Shown: one piece after another, positions 1-14,968 of the stretch | How positions within the stretch are numbered: position 1 is the stretch's first letter | Layout: each line of letters begins with the position of its first letter | Assembly: GCA_035691665.1 (NCBI GenBank) | Contig: DASSIS010000087.1 | Coordinates: 1 to 60,163 of the forward strand | Length of the DNA stretch: 60,163 nucleotides | Origin: Gammaproteobacteria bacterium | Lineage (GTDB): Bacteria > Pseudomonadota > Gammaproteobacteria > Natronospirales > REEB76 | Reading direction: 5' to 3' | The notes under the pieces: model-generated | Seen by the model: only the letters and a program-made list of their open reading frames with translations | Told to the model about the DNA's origin: nothing | Database searches by the model: none | Translations under genes and position numbers: made by a program

Positions 1-1288
<1,288 letters not shown>

Positions 1289-1335
1289 GTCCACTCCTCA
1301 AGAATTCGCGTCAGGAAAGCGGTATAACACCCTGA

Positions 1336-2811
<1,476 letters not shown>

Positions 2812-2812
2812 G

Positions 2813-3163
2813 ATGCGGCGGCTGACCTTGGCGGCAGTCTTGCTGCTCAGCGCCTGCGCCGGCCTGCCGAAGGACGACATCCGCTACCCGCTGCACGCCG
2901 TGGGCGATCAGCAGGTAGGCTGGGAGGAGCGCAAGGCGGACGACGGCAACCCCCTGTTCGTGGTGAAGAGCATCGGCGCCGCGCCTTATGATGCCCTGCT
3001 GCAGGTGGCCGAAGAACATGCCCGCGACCGTTGTCCCAACGGCTACCGCGTCATGGCCCTGGGCGGCGCCGACCAGCCCACGGTGGACACCCTCAACCCC
3101 CGCATCATCATCGGCAGCGAACTGCGTCTCGAGGTGCACTGCTTCGAGCGCGACAAGCTCTGA
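2813..3163 (+). CDS. small lipoprotein of unknown function
   Basis: 116 aa. N-terminus MRRLTLAAVLLLSAC has a lipobox (LSAC). The ATG is 1 nt after the purB stop. Confidence 0.7.
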   Translation: MRRLTLAAVLLLSACAGLPKDDIRYPLHAVGDQQVGWEERKADDGNPLFVVKSIGAAPYDALLQVAEEHARDRCPNGYRVMALGGADQPTVDTLNPRIIIGSELRLEVHCFERDKL

Positions 3164-3164
3164 C

Positions 3165-4325
3165 ATGCGCGACCAGCCCACCGCGCTCCTGGGGGGTTTG
3201 AGCCCGCGCGACTTCCTCAAGCGGCATTGGCAGAAACGACCGCTGCTGGTGCGCAACGCTTTCCCGGATTTCACCCCGCTGCTCACTGCCGAAGACCTCG
3301 CCGGGCTCGCCTGCGAGGAAGGCGTGGAATCCCGTCTCGTGGTGCAGACCCGCAAGGCGCCGGGCTGGAAGCTCAGCCATGGCCCCTTCAAGCACAAGGA
3401 CTTCACCAAGCTGCCCCGTTCCCGCTGGACACTCCTGGTCCAGGACGTGGATAAGCACGTACCGAGCATGAGCGCGCTGCTCGAACCCTTCCGCTTCATC
3501 CCCGATTGGCGCATCGACGACCTCATGATCAGCTACGCCGCGGACGGCGGCTCGGTGGGCCCCCACGTGGACGCCTACGACGTCTTCCTGCTCCAGGCAG
3601 AGGGGATGCGCCGTTGGGATATCAGCACCTCAGCCCAGGCGGATGCGGACCTCCCCGATCTCGAGCTCAAGCAAGTCAAAGGCTTCAAGGCCGAAGAGAG
3701 CTGGCTCCTGATGCCCGGCGACATGCTCTATCTCCCGCCCGGCGTGGCGCACCACGGCGTCGCTTTCGGCGAATGCATGACCTACTCCATCGGTTTCCGT
3801 GCGCCGTCTCAATCCGAACTGCTGGCAGACCTCGCCGGCCTGCTGATACAGGGCGCCTCCCGCGGCAGCTATTACACCGATGCCGACCTCGCGCCCACGG
3901 CTCATCCCGGCGAACTCTCCCTGGAGGCACGGGCCCGTGTGCGGCAGATGTTGCATGCGCGGCTGCGGCCCTCCGACGAAGAACTGGACATCTGGTTCGG
4001 GCGCTACATCACCGAACCCAAACCCTGGCTCCGGCCCACACCGCCGGCACGGCGCTGCACGCCAGCGCTTCTCAAGCAGAGACTGGGCCGTGGCAAGCCC
4101 CTGGCCTGGCACCCCGCGGTACGGGTCGCCTGGTTCGACGCACGCCAGAGTTGCCATCTGTTCGTGGACGGGGCGCATCATCCTTTACCGGATCGACTTG
4201 CGGGCTTCGCACAACTGCTCGGCGATCAGCGTCAATTCGAGGCTACCGTGCTGTCGCGCCTCGCCAAGGATCCGCTAGTGGAATCCTTGCTTTGCGCCTT
4301 CATTGACGCGGGCCAGCTGGTATGA
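3165..4325 (+). CDS. roxA: cupin/JmjC ribosomal oxygenase (50S protein L16 arginine hydroxylase-like)
   Basis: Internal ATG at 3165 of track ORF 2988..4325, 1 nt after the lipoprotein stop. Starts MRDQPTALLGGLSPRDFLKRHWQKRPLLVRNAFPDF. Has the Fe(II) facial triad pattern GPHVDAYDVF ... PPGVAHHGVA. The YcfD/RoxA family neighbours purB in E. coli. Confidence 0.8.
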   Translation: MRDQPTALLGGLSPRDFLKRHWQKRPLLVRNAFPDFTPLLTAEDLAGLACEEGVESRLVVQTRKAPGWKLSHGPFKHKDFTKLPRSRWTLLVQDVDKHVPSMSALLEPFRFIPDWRIDDLMISYAADGGSVGPHVDAYDVFLLQAEGMRRWDISTSAQADADLPDLELKQVKGFKAEESWLLMPGDMLYLPPGVAHHGVAFGECMTYSIGFRAPSQSELLADLAGLLIQGASRGSYYTDADLAPTAHPGELSLEARARVRQMLHARLRPSDEELDIWFGRYITEPKPWLRPTPPARRCTPALLKQRLGRGKPLAWHPAVRVAWFDARQSCHLFVDGAHHPLPDRLAGFAQLLGDQRQFEATVLSRLAKDPLVESLLCAFIDAGQLV

Positions 4326-4335
4326 GGACGTGAAC

Positions 4336-4830
4336 ATGGAGTCCGACAAGAAAGAGAGTTTCCGCCGGCTATCTTCGCTGGGGGAGAACCGTGAGGCGGC
4401 GGTCGCGGTGGCGGCGCTCGCTAAACGCGAGCTCGCCCTCTTCACCCCAGACCTCGAACCCCTGCTTTATGACCAGGAAGAGTTCCTGGGCGTGGTGCGC
4501 ACCCTCGCCACCCGCTCCCGTTTCAGCCGCATCCGCGTCGTGTGCCTGGATTCCGGCCCCTCGGTACGGGCGCAGCACCGCTTCATCGGTCTGGCCCAGC
4601 GTTTCAGCTCCTACATCGAAGTGCGCCGCGCCTCCCGCGACCATGCCGGCGCCACCGACACCTATCTCGTGGCGGACGAGACGGCCCTCCTCTATCGCCC
4701 TCTCTACAGCCGTTACGAAGGCTACGCCGACCTGAATGCGCCCATGGAATCCCGGCAGCGCCTCAGGGCTTTCGAGGACATCTGGCAGCAGGCGGAACCG
4801 GACCCGGAATTCCGCCGCCTCGGCATATAG
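4336..4830 (+). CDS. conserved hypothetical protein
   Basis: Track ORF 4303..4830. I prefer the internal ATG (MESDKKESF) at 4336, which avoids a 23-nt overlap with roxA. Composition is coding-like, no motif recognised. The stop lies 1 nt before the next gene. Confidence 0.6.
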   Translation: MESDKKESFRRLSSLGENREAAVAVAALAKRELALFTPDLEPLLYDQEEFLGVVRTLATRSRFSRIRVVCLDSGPSVRAQHRFIGLAQRFSSYIEVRRASRDHAGATDTYLVADETALLYRPLYSRYEGYADLNAPMESRQRLRAFEDIWQQAEPDPEFRRLGI

Positions 4831-4831
4831 A

Positions 4832-5314
4832 ATGATGGATATGGTGTGGAAACCGCATGTCACCGTCGCCGCCGTCGTGGAGCGCGATGGGTGCTTCCTC
4901 GTGGTGGAGGAAGAGGTGCGCGGCGAGCGGGTGGTGAACAACCCCGCCGGCCACCTGGAGCCGGGCGAGAGCTTCCTGGACGCAGTGCGGCGCGAGACCC
5001 TGGAGGAGACCGGCTGGGAGTTCCTGCCGGATGCCGTCACGGGTATCTACCTGTGGAAGAATCCACAGCTCGGTGCGAGCTTCCTGCGCGTGGCCTTCCA
5101 CGGCGAATGCGGGCAGCACCATCCCGAGCGGCCGCTGGACAAGGGCATCATCGCCGCCCGCTGGCTGAGCCGGGTGGAACTCGCTGCCCTCGGGCCCAAA
5201 CTGCGCAGCCCCATGGTGCTGCGCTGTATCGACGACTACCTCGCCGGCCAGCGCTATCCTCTCGAGATCCTGAGCCACATCACCGACCCCGCTTCCGTGC
5301 TGGAAGACACCTGA
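4832..5314 (+). CDS. NUDIX hydrolase (NudJ-like by position next to mnmA)
   Basis: Internal ATG at 4832 of ORF 4736..5314 (MMDMVWKPHVTVAAVV). NUDIX box GHLEPGESFLDAVRRETLEETG is present. Confidence 0.85.
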   Translation: MMDMVWKPHVTVAAVVERDGCFLVVEEEVRGERVVNNPAGHLEPGESFLDAVRRETLEETGWEFLPDAVTGIYLWKNPQLGASFLRVAFHGECGQHHPERPLDKGIIAARWLSRVELAALGPKLRSPMVLRCIDDYLAGQRYPLEILSHITDPASVLEDT

Positions 5315-5343
5315 ACGCCCGAACCGCCTCCCAGCGGTAAAAT

Positions 5344-6477
5344 ATGCCGATGGACACTCCTTCCAAGACTCGCGTCATCGTCGGCCTGTCGGGCGGCGTC
5401 GACTCCGCCGTGGCCGCGTTGCTCCTGCAACGCGCAGGGCACGAGGTGGAAGGCCTGTTCATGGATAACTGGGAGGACGGCGAAGACGAGACCTATTGCA
5501 CCGCCGCCGAAGACTTCCAGGACGCACGCCAGGTCTGCGAGACCCTCGGCATCCCCCTGCACAAGGTGAACTTCGCCGCCGAATACCGCGAATGGGTGTT
5601 CAGGCATTTCCTGGACGGCTACGCCCAGGGTGCCACGCCGAACCCGGACGTGCTCTGCAACAGCGAGATCAAGTTCAAAGCCTTCCTGGACCATGCCCTG
5701 CGGCTCGGTGCCGCACACATCGCCACCGGCCACTACGCGCGACTGGAGCATGACGGCGGCGCGGTGAAACTCATGAAAGCCAAGGACGCCGGCAAGGACC
5801 AGAGCTACTTCCTGCATGCCGTTCCCCAGGCGGCGCTCGCCAAGGCGCTCTTCCCCCTGGGCGAGCTCGTGAAGACCGACGTGCGGGCCCTGGCGCGGGA
5901 AGCGGGCTTCGCCAACCACGCCAAGAAGGACAGCACCGGCATCTGCTTCATCGGCGAGCGACGCTTCAGTGAGTTCCTGGGCAAGTACCTGCCGGCGCAG
6001 CCGGGCGACATCGAGTCCGGCGACGGCCGGCTGCTGGGGCGCCACCAGGGCCTCATGTATTACACCCTGGGCCAACGGTCGGGCATCGGCATCGGTGGCC
6101 GGCAGGACGCGGAAGAGTCCCCCTGGTACGTGGCGGACAAGGACTTGAAGCGCAACGTGCTGGTGGTGGTGCAGGGTCACGAACACCCGAGGCTGATGCA
6201 CGCCGCGCTCACCACCACCGACCTGCACTGGGTGTCGGGTACTGCGCCCGCAGCGCCGCTGCATTGTGCTGCCAAGGCCCGCTACCGCCAATCGGACCAG
6301 GCCTGCCGACTCGCCCCGGACGGCGACCGGTACTGGACGGCGCGCTTCGACCGCCCGCAGCGGGCCATCACCCCGGGCCAGTACGCGGTGTTCTATGCCG
6401 GCGAGGAATGCTTAGGGGGTGGCGTCATCGCCGCGACCGAGGCTTACACCGCCGAACCCCTGCGGGACCACGGCTGA
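5344..6477 (+). CDS. mnmA: tRNA 2-thiouridine(34) synthase
   Basis: 377 aa. PP-loop [24 protein letters not shown] and GICFIGER motifs. Confidence 0.95.
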   Translation: MPMDTPSKTRVIVGLSGGVDSAVAALLLQRAGHEVEGLFMDNWEDGEDETYCTAAEDFQDARQVCETLGIPLHKVNFAAEYREWVFRHFLDGYAQGATPNPDVLCNSEIKFKAFLDHALRLGAAHIATGHYARLEHDGGAVKLMKAKDAGKDQSYFLHAVPQAALAKALFPLGELVKTDVRALAREAGFANHAKKDSTGICFIGERRFSEFLGKYLPAQPGDIESGDGRLLGRHQGLMYYTLGQRSGIGIGGRQDAEESPWYVADKDLKRNVLVVVQGHEHPRLMHAALTTTDLHWVSGTAPAAPLHCAAKARYRQSDQACRLAPDGDRYWTARFDRPQRAITPGQYAVFYAGEECLGGGVIAATEAYTAEPLRDHG

Positions 6478-7109
6478 TGCGTCCCCTCGAAGATCGGGTG
6501 TTGGCGCTCGCCGGCGTGGTCCAGGCGGCCGCCCTGGTGAGCGAGGCCGCCAACGGCGCCCCCACGGACGAGACCAGCCTGCGCGCCACCCTGGGCAGCA
6601 TCCTCAAGCTCGAATCCCCGGACGTGCCCCAGGTCTTCGGCGGCCTGGACGGGGTACGCCTCGGCCTCAAGAAGCTGACTGAACTCCTGGGGCCGGAGCG
6701 CAGCCCCTACGACCTCGCCATCTTGCGCTATTCCCTGAACCTGCTGCAGCTGCAGGGCAAGGTGCTGCGTAACCCGGGTCTGCGCAAGATCCTCGCCGCC
6801 AACATCGCCCGCGGCAAGGAGCAGGTGCGGCACTTCGGGCTCACCCACGGCAACGTGCTCGCCAACCTGGCGGACACCTACGTGCGCACCGCCGGCAGCA
6901 TCGAACCGCGCATCATGGTCACGGGCGACATCCAGAAACTGCATAACCCGCAGGTCATCAACCTGGTTCGCAGCCTGCTCCTGGGCGGCCTGCGCTCCGC
7001 GGTGCTGTGGCGCCAATGCGGCGGTTCCCGCTGGATGCTGCTGTTCATGCGCGCCAGCCTGCTCAAGGAGAGCCGGCGCCTGCTCGCGGAATCGGTGCGC
7101 GCCGCGTGA
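6477..7109 (+). CDS. hflD: high frequency of lysogenization protein HflD
   Basis: ATG at 6477 overlaps the mnmA TGA (TGATG), in frame with track ORF 6264..7109. About 210 aa, starts [21 protein letters not shown]. The mnmA-hflD adjacency matches E. coli. Confidence 0.85.
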   Translation: MRPLEDRVLALAGVVQAAALVSEAANGAPTDETSLRATLGSILKLESPDVPQVFGGLDGVRLGLKKLTELLGPERSPYDLAILRYSLNLLQLQGKVLRNPGLRKILAANIARGKEQVRHFGLTHGNVLANLADTYVRTAGSIEPRIMVTGDIQKLHNPQVINLVRSLLLGGLRSAVLWRQCGGSRWMLLFMRASLLKESRRLLAESVRAA

Positions 7110-7229
7110 GTGGGCTTAAGATGGGCGCATACCTTATAATACCGGGCCTGAATCCCCCGCCCTGACGCAGCGGCGTCCCTCGAGTGACCGGATGCGCCAG
7201 GGCCTTCCGCCCATCCATCCGGAGGCTCC

Positions 7230-9878
<2,649 letters not shown>

Positions 9879-9893
9879 CCACATCTCTGCTTC

Positions 9894-9928
9894 AAAAAAA
9901 GAAACCCCGCTCAGGCGGGGTTTTCTCT
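9894..9928. terminator. bidirectional rho-independent terminator between acnA and the convergent OMP gene
   Basis: A-tract, then stem gaaaccccgc (9901-9910), loop tcag, stem gcggggtttt, then a T-rich tail. Confidence 0.7.
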
Positions 9929-9947
9929 TTCAGGTGTCCGCTTCCCT

Positions 9948-10541
9948 TCAGAAAGAATAGCGCAGGCCGATGCGGGTCTCGGAAGTGCTGAACTGGGAGT
10001 ACTCGTAGCGGATGGTGAAGCTCCAGCCCTCAAACTGGTCGTGGAAGTCGTGGCGCACCCCGAGACCGTAGACTGCCGAGTAGCCGTTGCTCTTGCCAAT
10101 GTAGGTCGACGCCGGGTCACCCGCATGCCAGTTCTGCACACCACCGGAGACCTCCCCGTAGAGGTCGGTGATGATCTCGAAGCGGCCCACCGCCTCGAAG
10201 GTGATGCCCATGACGTGGGGGCAGGAGAAGCTGGCGGGGCAGGAATTCAAAGGTCCGTTGACGCCGGAGGTCTGCTGGCTCAAGGTGGGTTTGCCGTAAT
10301 CGTGATACCCCAGTTCGAGCGCGAAATAAGGATTGAACCCATAGCCGCCCAGCAGGGATAAGGTGGTCACGTTGCCGCCGATCACGCCCTGGGGCGCGGC
10401 GTTCTGGCTCAAGCTGTTGTAGTTGACCGTGCCCTGGCCCACAGCAGCTTCCACGTAAGGCTGCGCCGTGGCATCGTCGTCCGCTTGGGCGGCCGCGCAG
10501 AAACCCATGATCGGTAACAGCAGCAGAACGGTCTTTCTCAT
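9948..10541 (-). CDS. small outer-membrane beta-barrel protein (OmpA-like/opacity-type barrel)
   Basis: 197 aa. Signal peptide MRKTVLLLLPIMGFCAAAQA, alternating aromatic/glycine beta-strand pattern, C-terminal RIGLRYSF ending in Phe. Confidence 0.75.
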   Translation of the reverse strand: MRKTVLLLLPIMGFCAAAQADDDATAQPYVEAAVGQGTVNYNSLSQNAAPQGVIGGNVTTLSLLGGYGFNPYFALELGYHDYGKPTLSQQTSGVNGPLNSCPASFSCPHVMGITFEAVGRFEIITDLYGEVSGGVQNWHAGDPASTYIGKSNGYSAVYGLGVRHDFHDQFEGWSFTIRYEYSQFSTSETRIGLRYSF

Positions 10542-10638
10542 CGTCCAAAATCCTTGTCAGCGGGATGTGGGGCGCGCACAGTGTACTGCATGGCCACGGG
10601 CCGTGGTCCGGTCTGTCATCGGTTTAATGTAACGGCAT

Positions 10639-11280
10639 ATGACGGCGAAATCCTCCCTCGCGGCACGACGCCTACTGTTCGGCATCTGCGTCTGCACCCT
10701 GTACCTGTTGCCGATGCCGTCGTCGGCCGCCAGCGGCCCCTTGGGGATAGACCATCGCCTCCCTTACGATGATGCCGGCATCTGGGCACGACGCGATCAA
10801 CTCTGGCTCGAGAAAGGTGTGATCCTGACCGAGCTCGGCGGCGCGCTCTGGCTCGGGGGGGAAGATCGCCTGGGCCGGACTTACTGGCAGACCATCGATG
10901 CCTCGGTCTTCGATGCCGTGACCGTAGAGCTCATGAAGCATGCCTTCGGTCGCGAACGTCCTTCACAGACCAGCGATCCGAACGAATGGTTCAAGGGCGG
11001 TCAGAGCTTCCCCAGCGGCGAGGTGGCCTTGCAGGCGAGCTTCGTGACACCCTTCATCGCCGAGTACAGCCAGGATCACCCTTGGGTATGGGGCCTGGAG
11101 ATCCTGCCGGCCTATGACGCCGTGGCGCGCATGAAGACCCAGGGGCACTGGCAGACAGACGTGCTCGCCGCCTGGGCTCTCGGCAGTGCCTGGGGTGTCT
11201 ACGCTCATGATAGGGAGATGCCCTTCTTCCTCGGGTACATGCCCCATGGCATCGTGATCGGCTTGCACACACGTTTCTGA
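10639..11280 (+). CDS. PAP2-family phosphatase (variant C2 motif)
   Basis: 213 aa. C1 is KHAFGRERP (K-x6-RP). C2 is PSGE instead of PSGH. C3 is ARMKTQGHWQTD (xR-x5-H-x3-D). Hydrophobic N-terminus. Confidence 0.75.
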   Translation: MTAKSSLAARRLLFGICVCTLYLLPMPSSAASGPLGIDHRLPYDDAGIWARRDQLWLEKGVILTELGGALWLGGEDRLGRTYWQTIDASVFDAVTVELMKHAFGRERPSQTSDPNEWFKGGQSFPSGEVALQASFVTPFIAEYSQDHPWVWGLEILPAYDAVARMKTQGHWQTDVLAAWALGSAWGVYAHDREMPFFLGYMPHGIVIGLHTRF

Positions 11281-11284
11281 ATCC

Positions 11285-11322
11285 AAAAAAAAGAAACCCC
11301 GCGCTGAAGCGGGGTTTCTTCG
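11285..11322. terminator. bidirectional rho-independent terminator
   Basis: aaaaaaaa, then gaaaccccgc (11293-11302), loop gctgaa, stem gcggggtttc, then ttcg. Lies between convergent genes. Confidence 0.7.
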
Positions 11323-11341
11323 TCATCGGAGACTCTGCGTC

Positions 11342-11776
11342 TCAGTTATTCTGATCTTCCGTCTTCCAAACGACAGGTTCCCAGGTACCCTGGGAGCCCA
11401 CTTTGCCGCCGATGTAATAGGCCTTGCCGGCTTCTATGGTGACCTTCAGGTCATGGGGCTGGTCGCGCTTGCCGCCGGAATCCCGTTCCAGGCCCTGGGC
11501 GACGGAGGGATCCATCACGCCCATCTTGAAGGTGAAGGTGTAGTCGCCCGGCGTGATCCAGAGCACACCCTGGTCAACACGGTTGCTCAGCTTGCCGTCC
11601 ACCATCCACATCTTCACCGGGTAGATCTGCTTGGCGCGCTGATCCACGTTGAGATAGAGGGTGGCATGTGGATCTTTCTTGGATCCCAGGAACGGGTCGG
11701 CGATGGCGGCCACGCTGAGCGCAGCGAGCATGGCGACCACGCTCCAAACCGTGATTTTGCGCATGGAAATCTTCAT
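11342..11776 (-). CDS. exported protein of unknown function
   Basis: Track ORF 11342..11887. I prefer the internal ATG at 11776, preceded by GAGGAGG. Signal peptide MKISMRKITVWSVVAMLAALSVAAIA. 144 aa. Confidence 0.65.
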   Translation of the reverse strand: MKISMRKITVWSVVAMLAALSVAAIADPFLGSKKDPHATLYLNVDQRAKQIYPVKMWMVDGKLSNRVDQGVLWITPGDYTFTFKMGVMDPSVAQGLERDSGGKRDQPHDLKVTIEAGKAYYIGGKVGSQGTWEPVVWKTEDQNN

Positions 11777-11989
11777 GTTGACCTCCTCATCGTCGTCGAT
11801 ACTGGAATTATAGACCTTTCCCTCGGCCCCGATATTCCTGTGATCCTGCCGGATTCGGACTCCGATAACCGAAGAACAACGCATCAAGACAGGCGCGAGT
11901 TGACGATAATCGTCCCGACGAACCAGCGTTATCCACCCATGAATGCATCGCCAGGTCGCGCGGATAGCGTGTAACGCTATGTAACGCCC

Positions 11990-12838
11990 TCAACCACGGG
12001 CGACGGGTCGCGTCGGATCCCGTATCCATTCGCTCCAGGAGCCCGGATACAGGCGCCCGCCTTTCAGACCCGCGATCTCCATGGCCAGCAGGTTGTGACA
12101 GGCGGTGACGCCGGAGCCGCACATGAACACCGCCTGATCCGCACGCGTGCCGGCGAGCGTCTGCTCGAGGCGCCGACGCAGCTCCGCCGGATTCCTGAAG
12201 CGCCCGTCCTCGGCCATGTTACCGGCGAACGGCAGGTTGACGGCGCCGGGTACGTGCCCCGCCACGGGGTCCACCGTCTCTTCCTCGCCGCGGAACCGCG
12301 CCGGCCCGCGTGCATCCAGGAGCAGGCCATGCTTGCGGCCGCGCACGAGCTCCAACACATCGCCCACGGGCATGGTCGCGTCTTCCGTCACGCCCTTGTA
12401 CGGGAATTTCTTGACCACAGGTGTGGGCATCGCGGTGCTGACCGGGCGCTCCTCTTTCAGCCACTGCTGCCAGCCGCCATTGAGAACCGCGACCGGGCGG
12501 TGACCTAACCAGCGCAGCAGCCACCACAGCCGTGCTGCATAGGCGCCCTGGAAATCGTCGTAGGCCACTACCTGGGAATCGGCGCCGACGCCGCCACGGC
12601 CGAGGATGGCTGCGAGTCGCTGCGGGTCGGGCAAGGGATGCCGCCCGGTCTCGGGCGTGATGGGGCTGGAGAGCTCGCGCTCCATGTGGATATGACGCGC
12701 GCCGGGTATGTGGCCCGCCGCGTAAGCCTTGGGGCCCGCTTCCGGATCGGTGATGGAGGCGCGGCAATCGAACAGCACCCAGGCGGAATCGTCCAGATGT
12801 GCGGCCAGGGTCTCGGTCTCGACCAGCGTGTCGAACAT
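11990..12838 (-). CDS. sseA: 3-mercaptopyruvate sulfurtransferase (tandem rhodanese)
   Basis: 282 aa. Active-site loop CGSGVTAC is typical of the MST rather than the thiosulfate-ST subtype. Confidence 0.9.
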   Translation of the reverse strand: MFDTLVETETLAAHLDDSAWVLFDCRASITDPEAGPKAYAAGHIPGARHIHMERELSSPITPETGRHPLPDPQRLAAILGRGGVGADSQVVAYDDFQGAYAARLWWLLRWLGHRPVAVLNGGWQQWLKEERPVSTAMPTPVVKKFPYKGVTEDATMPVGDVLELVRGRKHGLLLDARGPARFRGEEETVDPVAGHVPGAVNLPFAGNMAEDGRFRNPAELRRRLEQTLAGTRADQAVFMCGSGVTACHNLLAMEIAGLKGGRLYPGSWSEWIRDPTRPVARG

Positions 12839-12879
12839 GCGGACAGTATAATCACGGACAGGGGGATGTCACTCAACAT

Positions 12880-13701
12880 ATGCGTACACTCAAGGACAAG
12901 ACTCTTTTCATTACCGGCGGCAGCCGTGGTATCGGCGAGGCTATCGCCCTGCGCGCGGCGCGGGATGGTGCGAACCTGGTGATCGCCGCCAAGACCACCC
13001 GGCGTCATCCGAAACTCCCGGGCACCATCCACACCGCCGCCGCGGCGGTGGAGGAAGCCGGTGGCCGGTCGCTCGCCGTCGCCATGGACGTGCGCGAGGA
13101 AGAGTCGGTGGCCGTGGCGATGCAGCAGGCGGTGGACCGCTTCGGCGGCATCGACATCCTGGTGAACAATGCCAGCGCTATCTGGCTCGCCGGCACCCTC
13201 GATACCCCCATGAAGCGTTACGACCTCATGACCGGGGTGAACGTGCGCGGCACCTTCCTCTGCTCCCAGAAGGCCCTCCCCCATCTGCTCAAGGCACCGA
13301 ACCCGCACATCCTGAACCTGGCACCACCGGTGAACCTCAAGCCGCGCTGGTTCAAGGAGCACACCGCCTACACCCTCTCCAAATACGGCATGAGTTTCTG
13401 CACCCTGGGGATGGCGGCGGAGTTCGCCGCCCACGGCGTGGGGGTTAACGCGCTCTGGCCGCGCACCGTCATCGCCACCGCCGCCATCAGCATGCTGGGC
13501 GGTCACGTGCAGAAGGAATATTGCCGCATGCCCGCCATCGTGGCGGATGCCGCCCAGGCGATCCTCACTCGCGAGAGCAAGAGCTGCAACGGCAATTTCT
13601 TCATCGACGAGGAAGTGCTGCGCGCCGAGGGTGTCATGGACTTCACCGGTTATTCCGTAGCACCGGACCGGCCCCTGGCCGCGGATCTTTTCCTGGATTG
13701 A
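12880..13701 (+). CDS. SDR-family oxidoreductase
   Basis: Internal ATG at 12880 of ORF 12799..13701. TGGSRGIG cofactor motif, NNAS, YTLSK (YxxxK). Confidence 0.85.
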   Translation: MRTLKDKTLFITGGSRGIGEAIALRAARDGANLVIAAKTTRRHPKLPGTIHTAAAAVEEAGGRSLAVAMDVREEESVAVAMQQAVDRFGGIDILVNNASAIWLAGTLDTPMKRYDLMTGVNVRGTFLCSQKALPHLLKAPNPHILNLAPPVNLKPRWFKEHTAYTLSKYGMSFCTLGMAAEFAAHGVGVNALWPRTVIATAAISMLGGHVQKEYCRMPAIVADAAQAILTRESKSCNGNFFIDEEVLRAEGVMDFTGYSVAPDRPLAADLFLD

Positions 13702-13732
13702 CGGCGCATCGACGCGCCGCGGGAGATGCAAG

Positions 13733-14197
13733 ATGGCATACCGCAACATCGTGCTGGCCTACGACGGCAGTCTCGACGGGCGCAAGGCACTCTTGGAGGG
13801 CGCCGAGATCGCCAAGTGCTTCAAGGCCAAGACCCACCTCCTGGCGGTCATCAAGCCCGGGCTCGGCACCGCCATGGCCCAGGGGCTGGCGGCGGCCCAG
13901 GACGGCGAGCAGACGGTCTACTACAAGGGCACCCTGGAAGACGGAGTGAAGTTCCTGAAGAAACACGGCCTCGAGACGGAGGGCCACGCCGTGCACGGCG
14001 ACCCTGTTGAGGAGATCGTGAAGCTGGCGAAGCAGGTGAAGGCGGACCTGGTGGTGGTCGGCCACCGGGTGCGCGGGCCCTTGGCCCGCTGGTGGACCAC
14101 ACCCACCAGCATGACGCTGCTCGACAAACTCGACTGCAGCCTGCTCATCGGCATGCAGGAGGGGGACTTGAGCGTGCTGCCGGAACCTAGGAAGTGA
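13733..14197 (+). CDS. universal stress protein
   Basis: 154 aa. Starts MAYRNIVLAYDGSLDGRKALL, with C-terminal ADLVVVGHR typical of the Usp fold. Confidence 0.85.
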   Translation: MAYRNIVLAYDGSLDGRKALLEGAEIAKCFKAKTHLLAVIKPGLGTAMAQGLAAAQDGEQTVYYKGTLEDGVKFLKKHGLETEGHAVHGDPVEEIVKLAKQVKADLVVVGHRVRGPLARWWTTPTSMTLLDKLDCSLLIGMQEGDLSVLPEPRK

Positions 14198-14212
14198 CCG
14201 GCGCAGTCAGGT

Positions 14213-14917
14213 TCAGCTGATCTCCACCCAGGCGGGCACGTCGCGCCAGGATTCGCCGAGCTCCTGATCCAGGGCCCGGTAGTCGGGCTCGAACTCCTCC
14301 ACCAGCTTCCAGAACCGCGCCGAGTGGTCGAGATAGCGGGTGTGCGAGAGTTCGTGGATGATGAGGTAGCGCACCAGTTCCGGCTCCAGGAACAGCAGCT
14401 TGTAGTTGAGGCTGAGCGTCAGGTTCGACGAACAGCTGCCCCAGCGGCTGCTCTGGCCGCGGATCTGCATGCGCTTGTAGCTGAAGCCGGTGGCGCGGCA
14501 GAGCTGCGGCACGTATACCGAGAAGTATTCCCGCGCCCGCTCCGTGAGCCAGCGCCGCAGTGCGTCGCGGGCCGCCTTCTCATGCTGGCCGTCGTAATGC
14601 ACCGTGAGCACGTTGCCCGAGGCGGTGACCCGGGCCTGCCCGCCGGCGCGGCTGCGGTACCGCACCTCCCAGTGTTCCGGGATGCCGCGCAGCTCGATGG
14701 TCTGGGGGAGCGTGAGATCCGCGTCCACCACCTGCTCGCGCATGCGCGTCCAGGTGTCACGGATCCATTGGCGGTGTTTCGCCACGAAGGCGCGGGCCCG
14801 TTCCCGGCTCACGTGGCGAGGGATGACGACTTCGATGCCCTGCCAGGGCGTGATACGCACCTGCAGGGACTTGGCCCGCGGGCTGCGGCGCCAGTGATAA
14901 GCCAGGGAACCGTGCAT
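14213..14917 (-). CDS. YgjP-like (DUF45/M48-type) metallopeptidase-fold protein
   Basis: Track ORF 14213..14947. The internal ATG at 14917 has a good GGAGAGG spacer. HELSH zinc motif (IIHELSHTRYLDHSARFW). Confidence 0.8.
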   Translation of the reverse strand: MHGSLAYHWRRSPRAKSLQVRITPWQGIEVVIPRHVSRERARAFVAKHRQWIRDTWTRMREQVVDADLTLPQTIELRGIPEHWEVRYRSRAGGQARVTASGNVLTVHYDGQHEKAARDALRRWLTERAREYFSVYVPQLCRATGFSYKRMQIRGQSSRWGSCSSNLTLSLNYKLLFLEPELVRYLIIHELSHTRYLDHSARFWKLVEEFEPDYRALDQELGESWRDVPAWVEIS

Positions 14918-14968
14918 GTCCGGCCTCTCCACACGGGCGCAGGGCATGCACCCGCGCCTTTCTTGGTG

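Noticed and set aside
2988-3164. N-terminal extension of roxA overlapping the lipoprotein gene.
   Set aside because: The extension is the off-frame shadow of the lipoprotein ORF. The ATG at 3165, directly after that gene's stop, gives a normal-length RoxA.
7110-7229. TATAAT at 7135-7140 upstream of acnA as a promoter.
   Set aside because: There is no acceptable -35 hexamer at 16-18 nt spacing, so a lone -10-like hexamer is not enough to call a promoter.
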